DNA of 64,000 nucleotides from Bacillota bacterium (GCA_023475165.1 JAMCWA010000070.1:31672-95671); one strand, 5' to 3'. Shown: positions 17,911 through 27,929, counted from the first letter of the stretch. Made by a program: numbers and translations. The notes: generated by a model not told the origin, from the sequence alone.

Positions 17911-18416
17911 TGCTAAGGGCTTTTTTAGGTCTGGGCTCCAACCTGGGGAATCGCCTGGAATACCTTCAGCGCGCCCTTGGTTTACTGGAACAGTCCCCTG
18001 AAGTGCAGGTGATTCGCATTTCTTCGGTCTACGAAACAGAACCGGTCGGATTTACCGAGCAGGGCAAGTTTTATAACGCCGTGGCTGAGATCAAAACCAG
18101 CCTGCCTCCGCGCGTTCTCCTGAAACTCATCCTGGATATCGAGTTACGCCTGGGGCGCATGAGAACCCGCTCCTGGGGTCCCAGAACCATTGACCTCGAC
18201 ATCTTGCTCTATGGTGAGGAGGTGATCCAAGAACCGGATATGATCATCCCTCATCCACGGATGGTGGAAAGGGCTTTTGTCCTCATCCCCTTACTGGAGA
18301 TTTGGCCGGAGGCCCACCTGCCGAGTGGGGAAAAGTTGGCGGATATCAGCCTAGATCGGGAACAATCCAGAGGGATAACTAAAGTCTATGAGCCGACCTG
18401 GTATCCGAAAAGATGA
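17910..18416 (+). CDS. folK: 2-amino-4-hydroxy-6-hydroxymethyldihydropteridine diphosphokinase
   Basis: LGLGSNLG, SSVYETEP, WGPRTIDLDILLY, PHPRMVERAFVL. Confidence 0.96.
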   Translation: MLRAFLGLGSNLGNRLEYLQRALGLLEQSPEVQVIRISSVYETEPVGFTEQGKFYNAVAEIKTSLPPRVLLKLILDIELRLGRMRTRSWGPRTIDLDILLYGEEVIQEPDMIIPHPRMVERAFVLIPLLEIWPEAHLPSGEKLADISLDREQSRGITKVYEPTWYPKR

Positions 18417-18551
18417 AGTACGCTGACCGTCCCCCGAATAGAAAACCCGGGCCTGCTTCAGAAAAGCCCGAACAAGGCTAATTCTTGTCCAGCCCGCCTT
18501 CCCCTGACCGGGCTTTCGCTCTTTTCGGATTAGATTTGCCTGCTCCAGATG

Positions 18552-18665
18552 GGGTAAGCTTAGCGACAGGTAGGCCTTGGCCCAGGTAGTTTCGGCTAGC
18601 CTTTCGCGTGCCCTTCAACATAGAGGGTAAGCTTCCCGAAGGCAGGGCCTTGGCCCCGGGAGTCT
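18552..18665. repeat. Two degenerate ~40-bp direct repeats between convergent folK and the 18685 gene
   Basis: gggtaagcttagcgacaggtaggccttggcccaggtagt versus gggtaagcttcccgaaggcagggccttggccccgggagt, about 73 bp apart. Confidence 0.6.
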
Positions 18666-18684
18666 CACCCGGAAGCTATTTGGC

Positions 18685-19302
18685 TTATGCCAGCTGGCTC
18701 AGTATTTCTGCAGCTCGCTGTGGGTTGAAGACGCCACAGAGGCATTGCCGCGCCAACTCCTGACCGGCTTCCTCGGCGGTGCGCCGGCCGTTTTCGATCT
18801 CCCGGACCAAACGTCGAATAAGATTAAAAGAGACCATCCCGTGCCCACACATGGTGGAAATCTCCAGGATCGGTTTTTCCGGCAAGAGCTTCCTGGCCCC
18901 GTGGACGCCCAAAGAATACTCAATGGTATGCCGGGTTAACCCCGCGTTCCGGCAGGATTCATTGACCCGGTCGAAAAGCCCGGATACGACGATGGAGATA
19001 CCGGTATCAGCTTCCTTTAAGTCACGAAGAACCTCCACCAGGGTCTTTTCATCTCGATAAACGGCATGAACCACCGTGCCGTCCTCGGTATCGGCAATGA
19101 CATAATCCCGACCCGGGTTATACATATTGCCGCGCTTGATGTCGCCAAAATTCACCGGGTTATGTTTAAAAAAGATCTCCTTGATGGTCTGCAATTTTGC
19201 TCCCGACCCTTGACTATTGAAACCGCGGGCCGGTATGGCCAGGACGGTGTAATTGCGGGCCAGGCTCTTCACGGTTCCCTGTCGATGCAAAGTATGGGTC
19301 AT
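18685..19302 (-). CDS. Hypothetical Cys-motif protein (MTHTLHR...MCGHGMVS...CLCGVFNP)
   Basis: Well-formed 205-aa ORF with RBS, co-directional with the upstream Fe-S gene; CGHG and CxCG motifs suggest metal or Fe-S binding. Confidence 0.8.
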   Translation of the reverse strand: MTHTLHRQGTVKSLARNYTVLAIPARGFNSQGSGAKLQTIKEIFFKHNPVNFGDIKRGNMYNPGRDYVIADTEDGTVVHAVYRDEKTLVEVLRDLKEADTGISIVVSGLFDRVNESCRNAGLTRHTIEYSLGVHGARKLLPEKPILEISTMCGHGMVSFNLIRRLVREIENGRRTAEEAGQELARQCLCGVFNPQRAAEILSQLA

Positions 19303-19529
19303 GTCCTCGTCACTCCTGCGATTTTATTGGATAGAAGAATTGGTGAATCGAAATAAGGTTTCTATTGCCGCAATTCCACTGGTCACGATCGCTGCTTTGG
19401 TGGACGTTCCACGCCGCGGAGATTGGTTAGAGCGTCTTTTCTTCTTTTTTGTTGAGCGTTTTTCCCGTTAAAGCCGGAGCAATTATCGGCAGACTGTCGT
19501 CCTCCTCTCGTCGATTTATGTGGCTTTTC

Positions 19530-20237
19530 TCAGTTGTGCCGCGGTCTTCCCAAACCAACGTTGGTCTTGCCGTTTAAGGAAAGGGAAAAGGGGAGGGACA
19601 TTCCCTCAACGGGGGAAGAACCGTCCTCCCGACAGCGGACGGCCAGATCGACGCTGAAAACGGTTTTAATAGCGGGGGCCAGTTCCTGGAGGCGTTCCAG
19701 AATTCGCGGAACCAGGGGTAATTCTACCGCGAACTCGACAATGGCCGAGAGGACCTTCAAATCGTGTATTTCGGAAGGTAGAGCGCCGGTTTTCGGGTCG
19801 GTCATCAAGGCGGTGACCGGGTTTTGCGCCTCGAATTCGACTCCAAACTCGGCCATGGCCCGGGCGACCTTTTCCACTTCACGAAAACGGGTACCGATGC
19901 CGGGACGACCGAGTTCGATGGCAATACCAGCGTAGCCCGGTGGAAAGCGCCCCGTTATTTCGTTAGTTTTCATTTCTTCCGTCCCCCGCCCCGGTATCTC
20001 GGTAGAGGGGTGGGTGGAAGCGGGATCGGAGAAAAACCAGGCCAGCGTCCTGGGGTAAGAAAGAGGCGGGCGGTAAAAAGCATCGGTGGGACAGCATTGG
20101 GCTCGCAGGCAGACGCTGCACTCCACGCATTCGGCCTGATCGATTTTGGCCACGTCTCCGTCAAGAGCGATGGCGTTCATTGGACAATAATCAAGACAAT
20201 TGCCACACCCGATACACTTGGATTCATCGATGAGCAT
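19530..20237 (-). CDS. 2x[4Fe-4S] ferredoxin-domain protein with uncharacterised C-terminal domain
   Basis: CIGCGNCLDYCP and CVECSVCLRAQCCP, followed by about 180 aa including GRGTEEMKTNEITGRF and ELGRPGIG. Confidence 0.88.
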   Translation of the reverse strand: MLIDESKCIGCGNCLDYCPMNAIALDGDVAKIDQAECVECSVCLRAQCCPTDAFYRPPLSYPRTLAWFFSDPASTHPSTEIPGRGTEEMKTNEITGRFPPGYAGIAIELGRPGIGTRFREVEKVARAMAEFGVEFEAQNPVTALMTDPKTGALPSEIHDLKVLSAIVEFAVELPLVPRILERLQELAPAIKTVFSVDLAVRCREDGSSPVEGMSLPFSLSLNGKTNVGLGRPRHN

Positions 20238-20470
20238 AACCGCACCTCACAGGGCCAAGTTTTTAAAAACCGTTCTCCTTAAAAGCGTGGATCCACCCCA
20301 TGCAGGGATCCACCACAAACAAGAACCAGCCCCTAGCCAGAAAAAGTGCCACCCTGGGCGGCGGACCACACTTTTCCGCAGGGTAAGGGCCAAAAGCGCG
20401 TCACCCGATGGTGCCCGGCCGCTCCCTGGCGCATTCTTGGAAAGAGGCGTCTCTGGCGCCAGTTATTGTT

Positions 20471-22255
20471 TCACCAGATGGTGGCCCCGGCCACCGCTCC
20501 CTGGCGTCGAGGGTCGGCGGCCCCTTGGCAGAGACCGGTCGTCGGATTTCTGGCCACGGCCTGAACGGCTCCGAACCAGGGCGAACATGAACTGCGCAAA
20601 ATAGGCTTATGTCCTAGGGCCCGGAGAACATCTTGAGCTTCTTCCGGCATATCACCTTCCAATTCCAATTCCTCCCCCGACCAGTGAAGGCGGGGCAAAT
20701 TTACCGCGTGCTGTAAGCCCAAACCATGATCCAGAACATGGACTAAGGTTTGAGCGATGGCATTGATGATCCTGGTGCCGGAAGGACTGCCCAGGGCCAG
20801 AACGGACTTTCCCTCGTGGAGGACCATGGTGGGACAGGGGGCGGTGGCGGGGCGTTTATGAGGAGCTACGGAATTATAGCGGCCCGGCCGGGGGTCAAAG
20901 AGCTTCATGGCATTGTTCAAGAAGAAACCATAACCGGGAACCATCATGGCCGAGCCGAAGGCATCCCCAAGACTTTGCGTCAGGCTGACGAAATTACCCC
21001 AGCGGTCGACGTGAGAATGGTGCGTCGTATGGCTCTCCCCCATAGAGTTTAACCCTTTACCTTCAGGTGAGAGAGTGTCAGATTTGGCGCCATCGCTGCT
21101 TCCTGCATGCTGACGTTGCTGACGTCCCTCACTGTCGATAGACGTCTTTCCATCATACGCCCAGGGATTGCCCGGCGGCACGGGAATTGCTACAGGTTGT
21201 TCCCGCTGAATTAACTTCCGCCGCTCCGCCGCATAGTCTTTGTCCAGTAATCCCCTGACCGGTACCGGTACAAATCCCGGATCGCCGGCATAGGCTAGGC
21301 GGTCGGCAAAGGCGAACTTCGTGGCCTCAACGACCAGGTGGAGCTTTTCGCCGGATAGGGGGTCATATCGCTTCAGCGGAAAGCCCTCGAGGATATTGAG
21401 GAGGTTCAAAAGGACGACGCTTGACGAGGGAGGGGTGGCCTGAATGGTGTAACCGCGATACTCAATGCTCTCCGGTGCCAAAACCCGGAATCTCTCCGCG
21501 GGATAAGCCGCCAGGTCCTCCAGGGTTAGGATACCCCCGGCCCCGCGCACGGTTCGGACCATGGCTTGAGCGATTTCACCCTGATAGAAAACCTCCATTC
21601 CACCGGAGGCGATGAGTTCCGACGTTTTGGCCAATTCTTCCTGAATTATTACCTCACCGGCTTGACGGGGCGAGCCATCGGCCCTCAAGAAAAGCCTGGC
21701 CGCGGGAGAGAACCGGGCCAGGCGATCACGGTTTTCGGCTACAAAAGCCGCCATCCGCCCATTCAAAGGAACTCCCCTTCGGGCCAGCCTGATGGCCGGT
21801 TCTAAGATCTCTTCAAGAGGCAATGTCGCCCAACGGCGATGGAGATAGAGCCAGCCGGCCACGTTGCCGGGTACGGCGACGGCCAGAGCTCCAGTGGTGT
21901 TGGCATCCCCTTTCGTCCAAAAGCGGTACCCTCCTTGGGTGGGACTAGGTACCCACTCGTAAAGGTCGTCATGAGCTTCCGCCGGAGCAGTGGCATAAAA
22001 GTCAAGAGCCACTGTTTTACCTTCACTGGCCATGTAAACCAGGGCGTTCCCTTGACCGCCCAGATGCGACATGGCTGGTTCACAAACTACCAGGGCGAAG
22101 GCTGTAGCCAGGGCGGCGTCTACGGCATTGCCGCCCCGCAACAGCATCTCGACCCCAGCGGCCGTGGCTAGAGGATGGGACGAGCTGGAAAGACCGCCCA
22201 ATGAAACCACATCATGTATACCCCCGGAGACCTGAGCAAACATTAACCGCTTCAT
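20471..22255 (-). CDS. ggt: Gamma-glutamyltransferase family Ntn-hydrolase, no signal peptide
   Basis: GGNAVDAALA, VAVPG, AFADR, autocleavage site HTTHHSHVD..GN, GFFLNN, GSPSG, ADPRR. Confidence 0.92.
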   Translation of the reverse strand: MKRLMFAQVSGGIHDVVSLGGLSSSSHPLATAAGVEMLLRGGNAVDAALATAFALVVCEPAMSHLGGQGNALVYMASEGKTVALDFYATAPAEAHDDLYEWVPSPTQGGYRFWTKGDANTTGALAVAVPGNVAGWLYLHRRWATLPLEEILEPAIRLARRGVPLNGRMAAFVAENRDRLARFSPAARLFLRADGSPRQAGEVIIQEELAKTSELIASGGMEVFYQGEIAQAMVRTVRGAGGILTLEDLAAYPAERFRVLAPESIEYRGYTIQATPPSSSVVLLNLLNILEGFPLKRYDPLSGEKLHLVVEATKFAFADRLAYAGDPGFVPVPVRGLLDKDYAAERRKLIQREQPVAIPVPPGNPWAYDGKTSIDSEGRQQRQHAGSSDGAKSDTLSPEGKGLNSMGESHTTHHSHVDRWGNFVSLTQSLGDAFGSAMMVPGYGFFLNNAMKLFDPRPGRYNSVAPHKRPATAPCPTMVLHEGKSVLALGSPSGTRIINAIAQTLVHVLDHGLGLQHAVNLPRLHWSGEELELEGDMPEEAQDVLRALGHKPILRSSCSPWFGAVQAVARNPTTGLCQGAADPRRQGAVAGATIW

Positions 22256-22380
22256 CTCCTTATCTGCTTCACCCCGGAAATACCCGGTGTCTTCCAGAGG
22301 CCATAGCCTGCGCTGGTGCCAGCTGGCCGCGCTGCCCTGCCCCTACGCGGAGAATACTACTGCGACCTCGTCGCCCCGCA

Positions 22381-23628
22381 TTAACCGATCAATTCCCCTA
22401 TGGTCAGGGCATACGCTTTGGTGGATTTCACCAGGTCCTCGATGGCTATATGCTCGTCGATACTGTGGTGAAAATCTAAATAGCCATAGCCAAACATGAC
22501 GATGGGTATTTTCTGCTCATTGACAAACCAACCCAGACCAGTGAGCGAAGGGGCTCCGGTATACTGCGGCTCTACACCGTCCACGGCTAAAGCGGCCCGC
22601 TTTAAAGCGGGGATCACCGGCATATCTTCTGAAACACGGGTTTGTGGGCGTTCCTCCAGAATCTCGGCTTCGATTTCTACCTGCCCCTTTTTGGATTGTA
22701 AGTCTTTTATGATATTAAAAATGGCCTCCCGTTCCTCATCCGGATCCTCCAGCAGGTTAATCCGGCGGTAGACTTTGAAACTTATTTCGTCCGGCATACC
22801 GACAAGAGGAGACGGGGCGTATTCCACCCCTTGAAAATGCATTCGCGAGGGTCCGGTTAAGGGGCAGACCCTTTTTCTGACCTTCTCCGCATGTTCATTC
22901 AAGAGCTGGAGAAGCCCGAGAGCGTTATCCAGAGCCGTCGGTCGCCCCGGGGGGTACATCAGGTTGCGGCGGGGCGGCCGGGTCCCACGCACCGTTATCT
23001 TAAAAACTTGGGCCCCCATGGCCGCGCCGATGATATTGCTGGGCCCAAACATGGGGAAATTAGCCTTGCTTTCTGGACTTATCTGGGTGGTACAACCGTA
23101 AAGGCCAAAATCGGCCGAAAAAGCGTTCACCTTGACCAGATGGCGCATTCCCTGACGGCCGCCTCTTTCTTCATCAGAATCGAAGACATAGACCAGACTA
23201 CCTTTCGGGGCGAAACCGGCTGCCCGTAGGGCACGAAGAGCCATCAGGAAGGCGGCAATGGATCCTTTGTGATCGCACGTGCCCCGACCCCATATCTTAC
23301 CATCTTTCACTTCTCCCCCGAAGGGATCAACGCTCCAGGCTGTCTCGTCCCCGGGCCCCACCGTATCCATGTGGGCATAGCAAAGCATTCGGGGCGATCC
23401 CACCGAACCGGGGAAAGTAGCCACCAAGTTGGGCCGCGATGCTTCTACCGGAAAATTTCTAACCTCAAACCCGAGGGCCTCTAATTCAGGCCAAATTATC
23501 TGGGCCACTCGCTCTTCATTCCCATGAACGCTTTTTGCCCGGACCAGTCGCTGCAACAACTGGACCAGCTCTTCTTGGTGTTCAGCAATGTATTGCAAGG
23601 CTTGCTCCGCAATGCGATTAGTCACCAT
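22381..23628 (-). CDS. M20 family metallo-amidohydrolase (ArgE/DapE-like)
   Basis: AHMDTV, GRGTCDHKG, DEERGG, HHSIDE. Confidence 0.9.
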   Translation of the reverse strand: MVTNRIAEQALQYIAEHQEELVQLLQRLVRAKSVHGNEERVAQIIWPELEALGFEVRNFPVEASRPNLVATFPGSVGSPRMLCYAHMDTVGPGDETAWSVDPFGGEVKDGKIWGRGTCDHKGSIAAFLMALRALRAAGFAPKGSLVYVFDSDEERGGRQGMRHLVKVNAFSADFGLYGCTTQISPESKANFPMFGPSNIIGAAMGAQVFKITVRGTRPPRRNLMYPPGRPTALDNALGLLQLLNEHAEKVRKRVCPLTGPSRMHFQGVEYAPSPLVGMPDEISFKVYRRINLLEDPDEEREAIFNIIKDLQSKKGQVEIEAEILEERPQTRVSEDMPVIPALKRAALAVDGVEPQYTGAPSLTGLGWFVNEQKIPIVMFGYGYLDFHHSIDEHIAIEDLVKSTKAYALTIGELIG

Positions 23629-23644
23629 GGTCTTTACCCCTTTC

Positions 23645-24469
23645 TCAGGTCTTTAGCTTCGGATCCAAAAGGTCCCGCAGGCCGTCTCCCAAAAGGTTAA
23701 AACCCAAGACCGCCAGTAAAATGGCCGTTCCGGCGAAAGTCGCAATCCACGGGGCGATGTCTAAGTACTGCTTCCCGTCATTGATAATCGAACCCCACGT
23801 TGGGGTCGGCGGTTGAACCCCCAAGCCCAAGAAGCTCAAAGATGCCTCCGAGAGAATGGCCCCGGCGATTCCCGTGGAGGCCATGACGATAATTGGGGAA
23901 AGAATGTTAGGCAAAATGTGTTGCCGAAGTATTCGCTTATTGGTGGCTCCGATGCCCCGAGCCGCCTCTACGAAGGCTTTCTCCCGGAGCGCGAGAACGG
24001 ACCCACGGGTCACGCGGGTGAAGCGAGGTATACTCGTGATACCAACGGCAATCATCACGTTGGTCAGGGAAGGACCGAGGATGGCCATGATCGCCAGGGC
24101 CAAGAGGATGGAAGGAAAGGCCATCAAAACATCGGTGACTCGCCCAATCAACATATCTATCCAGCCCAAGTAGTATCCGGCCATAATCCCCAAAAAGCTG
24201 CCAACCACCAGGCCGATGGCCACAGAAATCAAACCGACCAAAAGAGAGATCCGTGAACCATAGATAATCCGGCTCCAAAGGTCGCGGCCAAAGTCGTCGG
24301 TGCCCAATAAATGACCTTGGGTACCCGGCGGTAAGAGGCGTTGGGCGAGGCTTTGCCTGGTCGGATCGATGGGGGCCAAATAGGGAGCAAATACGGCGGT
24401 AAAGACAATCAACAGGACGATCGCGCCGCCGGTCAGGATTAACGGATTCCGCCAGAAGCGTCTCTTCAT
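23645..24469 (-). CDS. Dipeptide/oligopeptide ABC permease (DppC/GsiD-like)
   Basis: HLLGTDDFGRDLWSRIIYGSR, EAA loop, HILPN, NLLGDGLRD. Confidence 0.93.
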   Translation of the reverse strand: MKRRFWRNPLILTGGAIVLLIVFTAVFAPYLAPIDPTRQSLAQRLLPPGTQGHLLGTDDFGRDLWSRIIYGSRISLLVGLISVAIGLVVGSFLGIMAGYYLGWIDMLIGRVTDVLMAFPSILLALAIMAILGPSLTNVMIAVGITSIPRFTRVTRGSVLALREKAFVEAARGIGATNKRILRQHILPNILSPIIVMASTGIAGAILSEASLSFLGLGVQPPTPTWGSIINDGKQYLDIAPWIATFAGTAILLAVLGFNLLGDGLRDLLDPKLKT

Positions 24470-24478
24470 AGCGGCACC

Positions 24479-25420
24479 TCAACTCAGACGTACTTGGGGA
24501 TCGAGCAGGGCGTAAATTAAATCGGTCAACAGGTTGACCAAAACAAAGGATGTGGCCACAAAGAAGGTCACACCTTGGACAACGGGATAATCCCGCGCCA
24601 GGATGGCATCAACCAGAAGCTTCCCCAGCCCCGGCCGGGCAAAAACGGTTTCCACCAGAACCGCACCACCCAGAAGATAACCAATATTGAGTCCAACGAT
24701 GGTGACGATGGGGATGGCGGCGTTGCGAAGAGCGTGCTTGTAAAGGACGATCTTTTCCGAAAGACCTTTTGCCCGGGCCGTACGAACGTAGTCTTCCCGC
24801 AAGACCTCCAGCATGGAAGAACGGGTCATCCGGGCGATGAGGGCCATGGTGGAAAAGCCAAGGGTAAAAGCGGGCAGAACCAGGGCCTCGAACATGGAAA
24901 AGAGGTCACCGGGCTTCCCTGCCCCTATGGCCGGGAGCCAATGCAGGCGAATGGCAAACAACATACTCAAGAGCAAACCAACCCAAAAGACGGGAGCCGC
25001 AATGCCGGTCATACTCAAGACCAGGCTTACCAGGTCGAGCAAGCTCCCGCGCCTGGTGGCCGCGACTATACCCAGCGGTATGCCGAAAAGGACGGCGATA
25101 AACACACCGGCGGCCGCCAGAAGAAAGGTGTGGGGAAAACGGTCGCTTATTTCTTCCGCCACCGGCCGCCGGGTTCTTATGGAGTTTCCTAGTTCTCCGC
25201 GCAGGTACCTTTCGACAAAACTCACGAATTGGAGGGGAAGGGGGCGGTCCAAACCAAGTTCATGGCGGACCGCCACCACTTGTTCCGGGGTTGCCATGTC
25301 GCCCAGCATCGCCACCACGGGATCACCGGGGATGAGGTGTAAAGCGATAAATACGGCTACCATTACCCCCAGGAGAGTCGGGATGGTCGCCAGGAGGCGC
25401 CGGACGACAAACTGGAACAT
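24479..25420 (-). CDS. Dipeptide/oligopeptide ABC permease (DppB/GsiC-like)
   Basis: LIPGDP, GLDRPL, DYVRTARAKGL, HALRNA, RDYPVVQG. Confidence 0.93.
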   Translation of the reverse strand: MFQFVVRRLLATIPTLLGVMVAVFIALHLIPGDPVVAMLGDMATPEQVVAVRHELGLDRPLPLQFVSFVERYLRGELGNSIRTRRPVAEEISDRFPHTFLLAAAGVFIAVLFGIPLGIVAATRRGSLLDLVSLVLSMTGIAAPVFWVGLLLSMLFAIRLHWLPAIGAGKPGDLFSMFEALVLPAFTLGFSTMALIARMTRSSMLEVLREDYVRTARAKGLSEKIVLYKHALRNAAIPIVTIVGLNIGYLLGGAVLVETVFARPGLGKLLVDAILARDYPVVQGVTFFVATSFVLVNLLTDLIYALLDPQVRLS

Positions 25421-27004
25421 TTATTTCTCCCCCTCGACGGTAACGTTATCGAGGCGAATGCTCCGTTGCGGATCTCCGACAAAACCCTTGACGTACTTTT
25501 TCATCGCGTAGATGTGGTTTTCGTGATCCAGGAAGTAGTAGTAGTCTTCCTGAACAATTCGTTGCTGGACCTTGCCGAACAATTCTTGCCGCTTGGCCTG
25601 GTCAAGGGTGCTGGTGGCCTCGTCTAACCACTGGTTAACCTCGGGAATATCGATATTGGCCCAGTTGTCGGCGGGAATGCCCTTTTTGCTGAACCAGGTG
25701 AAAAGGACCCGGTCCGGGGTGGCGTCCTGGCCCCGACTGAGCATAAACATCGGCAGCTGGGCTTTCCTCAGCTCGGCCAGGAATGACTGGGTCTCCATGA
25801 CCTTGATCTCCAGGTCAATGCCGATGGCTTTCAGGTTCTCCTTGATCACCGTTGCCGGTTTGGTAAAACGGTCAATATTGGGAACATAAAGGGTGGTCTT
25901 GAACCCGTTGGGCAATCCAGCCTGAGCTAACAACTCTTTAGCCTTCTTCGGATCATATTTCGGCTGGAAAATACCCTTGAGGGCGAACTCTACATCCGGA
26001 GAGAGGATGCCGGTGGCCGGAGTAGACATCCCTTTAAAGACGTTATTCAAGATCCCGTCCCGGTCAACGGCGGCTATAACGGCCTGACGTACCAGCTTAT
26101 TGTCAAAGGGTTTGATGGCACCGTTCATTCCGAAAAAGCGCGTTATGAGGCCCGGTTTTTCGTCGATGATGATATTGGGATCTTTTTTATATTTGGCCAG
26201 TTTATCTGGATCCGTGACCTGGATCATGTCGACGTTGCCGGCTTCAAAGGCATTGTACATGGTGGTGGCGTCAGGAATCGGAATATAGACCACTCTATCC
26301 AGCCCTGGTTTTCCCCGAAAATAATCGGGATTGGCCACGTAGGTGGTGGATTGTTGGGGGTTCCACTGCTCAAACATGTAGGGGCCGGTTCCTATGGGTT
26401 GTTGACCATATTTGGCCCCCCGTTCTTTGACGGCCTTTTCGCTGACAATGTAGCCGACAGAACCGGCTAACTTATCCAAAAAGGCGGGATCGGGTTTGGA
26501 AAGGAAAATCTTCACCGTGTAGTCGTCGACGACCTGGATGTTTTTAATGGCTGCCAGAAGTTTACCCGGTGCGGACTTCAGCTCCGGATCTTTCAGGCGG
26601 TCGAAGGTAAACTTGACGTCGGTGGCTTTCAGCTCCCCGTAACCACGGTGGAACTTAACCCCCTTCCGTAGATAAAACGTCCATTCCAATCCATCCTTGG
26701 AGGTCTCCCATTTTTCGGCGAGGTCGGGCTCGATCTTGACCGTTCCCAATTGATAGCGGACCAAGCCATTGTAGAGATTCGAAGACATCTGCTTGTCGGT
26801 GACTGACGTTAGGAGCGCTGGATCGAGGGTCCCCAAGTCGTACTGCATGGCAATGCGCAGTTCCTTCTTCGGGGTTCCCTTTCCCGAGCCCTGGCCAGCA
26901 TTTCCGCCTGCCGAAGGGCCTGTGCCCTTTACCCCGCAGCCGGCGAGAAGCCCGATAACCAGCGCTATGACGACTAGCAACGAAAGAAAACGATTCTTGG
27001 GCAT
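25421..27004 (-). CDS. Family 5 (peptide/nickel) ABC substrate-binding lipoprotein
   Basis: Lipobox LLAGC, LAEKWETSKDGLEWTFYLRKGVKFH, PIGTGPY, VRQA. Confidence 0.93.
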   Translation of the reverse strand: MPKNRFLSLLVVIALVIGLLAGCGVKGTGPSAGGNAGQGSGKGTPKKELRIAMQYDLGTLDPALLTSVTDKQMSSNLYNGLVRYQLGTVKIEPDLAEKWETSKDGLEWTFYLRKGVKFHRGYGELKATDVKFTFDRLKDPELKSAPGKLLAAIKNIQVVDDYTVKIFLSKPDPAFLDKLAGSVGYIVSEKAVKERGAKYGQQPIGTGPYMFEQWNPQQSTTYVANPDYFRGKPGLDRVVYIPIPDATTMYNAFEAGNVDMIQVTDPDKLAKYKKDPNIIIDEKPGLITRFFGMNGAIKPFDNKLVRQAVIAAVDRDGILNNVFKGMSTPATGILSPDVEFALKGIFQPKYDPKKAKELLAQAGLPNGFKTTLYVPNIDRFTKPATVIKENLKAIGIDLEIKVMETQSFLAELRKAQLPMFMLSRGQDATPDRVLFTWFSKKGIPADNWANIDIPEVNQWLDEATSTLDQAKRQELFGKVQQRIVQEDYYYFLDHENHIYAMKKYVKGFVGDPQRSIRLDNVTVEGEK

Positions 27005-27138
27005 TTGCGACTCCCCTCCCTATGCTCTAAATGGATTAACGAATTGCACCGCTGGCGTAGCTTAGCCTCCTCCGACAGCCGACACCCTCCCTCTGCGTTT
27101 CAATTGGGCCACAAATTTCCCCTGGACGACGATCAGTT

Positions 27139-27852
27139 TTATTCCGCCCCCTTGTTCGGCTCAGCTTCTTCGAAGTAATTCCTCTTTAGATGCTCCAGAT
27201 GTCGCAAGGCACTTTGTACCGCCAGATCGGGATTTCGGTCGGCGATGGCTCGATAAATGGCCGCGTGATCGTTAAGCGATTGATTGTGTTGGGCCGGTGA
27301 TTTAGTGTGGGCACGAAAGACCTCGCTGATTACCTGCGTAACCGCTTCATAGACAGTGGCGGCAATAGAATTTTTCGAGGCCTTGGCTATGGCCAGGTGA
27401 AATCTTGCCCCGGCTTCGACGATTTCCTCATTACTTTTGGCCTCTGCCATTTCCTTCAAGAACGTTTCCAAAGTCTTCAGATCGTCAGGATCTCTTCTCA
27501 TGGCCGCCAATTTTACCAACCCGGTTTCCAACAAGAGACGAAGCTCGAGCAAGTCGTCATAGGCATTATTTTCGAAATTAACCATGAACTGCAGATTCGC
27601 TTTAATGGCCTTGTGCGAAACGCCTCGCACAAAAGTGCCCCGACCGTGAACGATTTCGATCGCCCCTTGCTCTTCCAACGCCCGTAAGGCCTCCCGCAGG
27701 GTAGACATCCCCACTCCCAGTTGCGTCGCCAGGTCTCTCTCGGGCGGCAGCTTGCTCCCTGGTTTAAGTGAACCGTCAATCATGAGTTGTTCTATCTCCC
27801 TGCGTACGGCCTCAGCCAGGCCCCCCTGGCGAGAAAGTCTTTTTAGAGCCAT
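27139..27852 (-). CDS. GntR/FadR-family regulator
   Basis: LKPGSKLPPERDLATQLGVGMSTLREAL...GRGTFV plus FCD domain (FHLAIAKASKN). Confidence 0.93.
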   Translation of the reverse strand: MALKRLSRQGGLAEAVRREIEQLMIDGSLKPGSKLPPERDLATQLGVGMSTLREALRALEEQGAIEIVHGRGTFVRGVSHKAIKANLQFMVNFENNAYDDLLELRLLLETGLVKLAAMRRDPDDLKTLETFLKEMAEAKSNEEIVEAGARFHLAIAKASKNSIAATVYEAVTQVISEVFRAHTKSPAQHNQSLNDHAAIYRAIADRNPDLAVQSALRHLEHLKRNYFEEAEPNKGAE

Positions 27853-27902
27853 TTCATCCTCCGGCTTGGGATGTTCTGATGATCTGAAGTCTAAAGATAA
27901 CG

Positions 27903-27929
27903 ATTCTACGGAAAGAGTAGAAATCCTGT
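27903..27929 (-). promoter_or_regulatory. sigmaH-type promoter (leftward)
   Basis: Minus strand acAGGATTT-N11-gtaGAAT matches the Bacillota sigmaH consensus. Confidence 0.55.
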
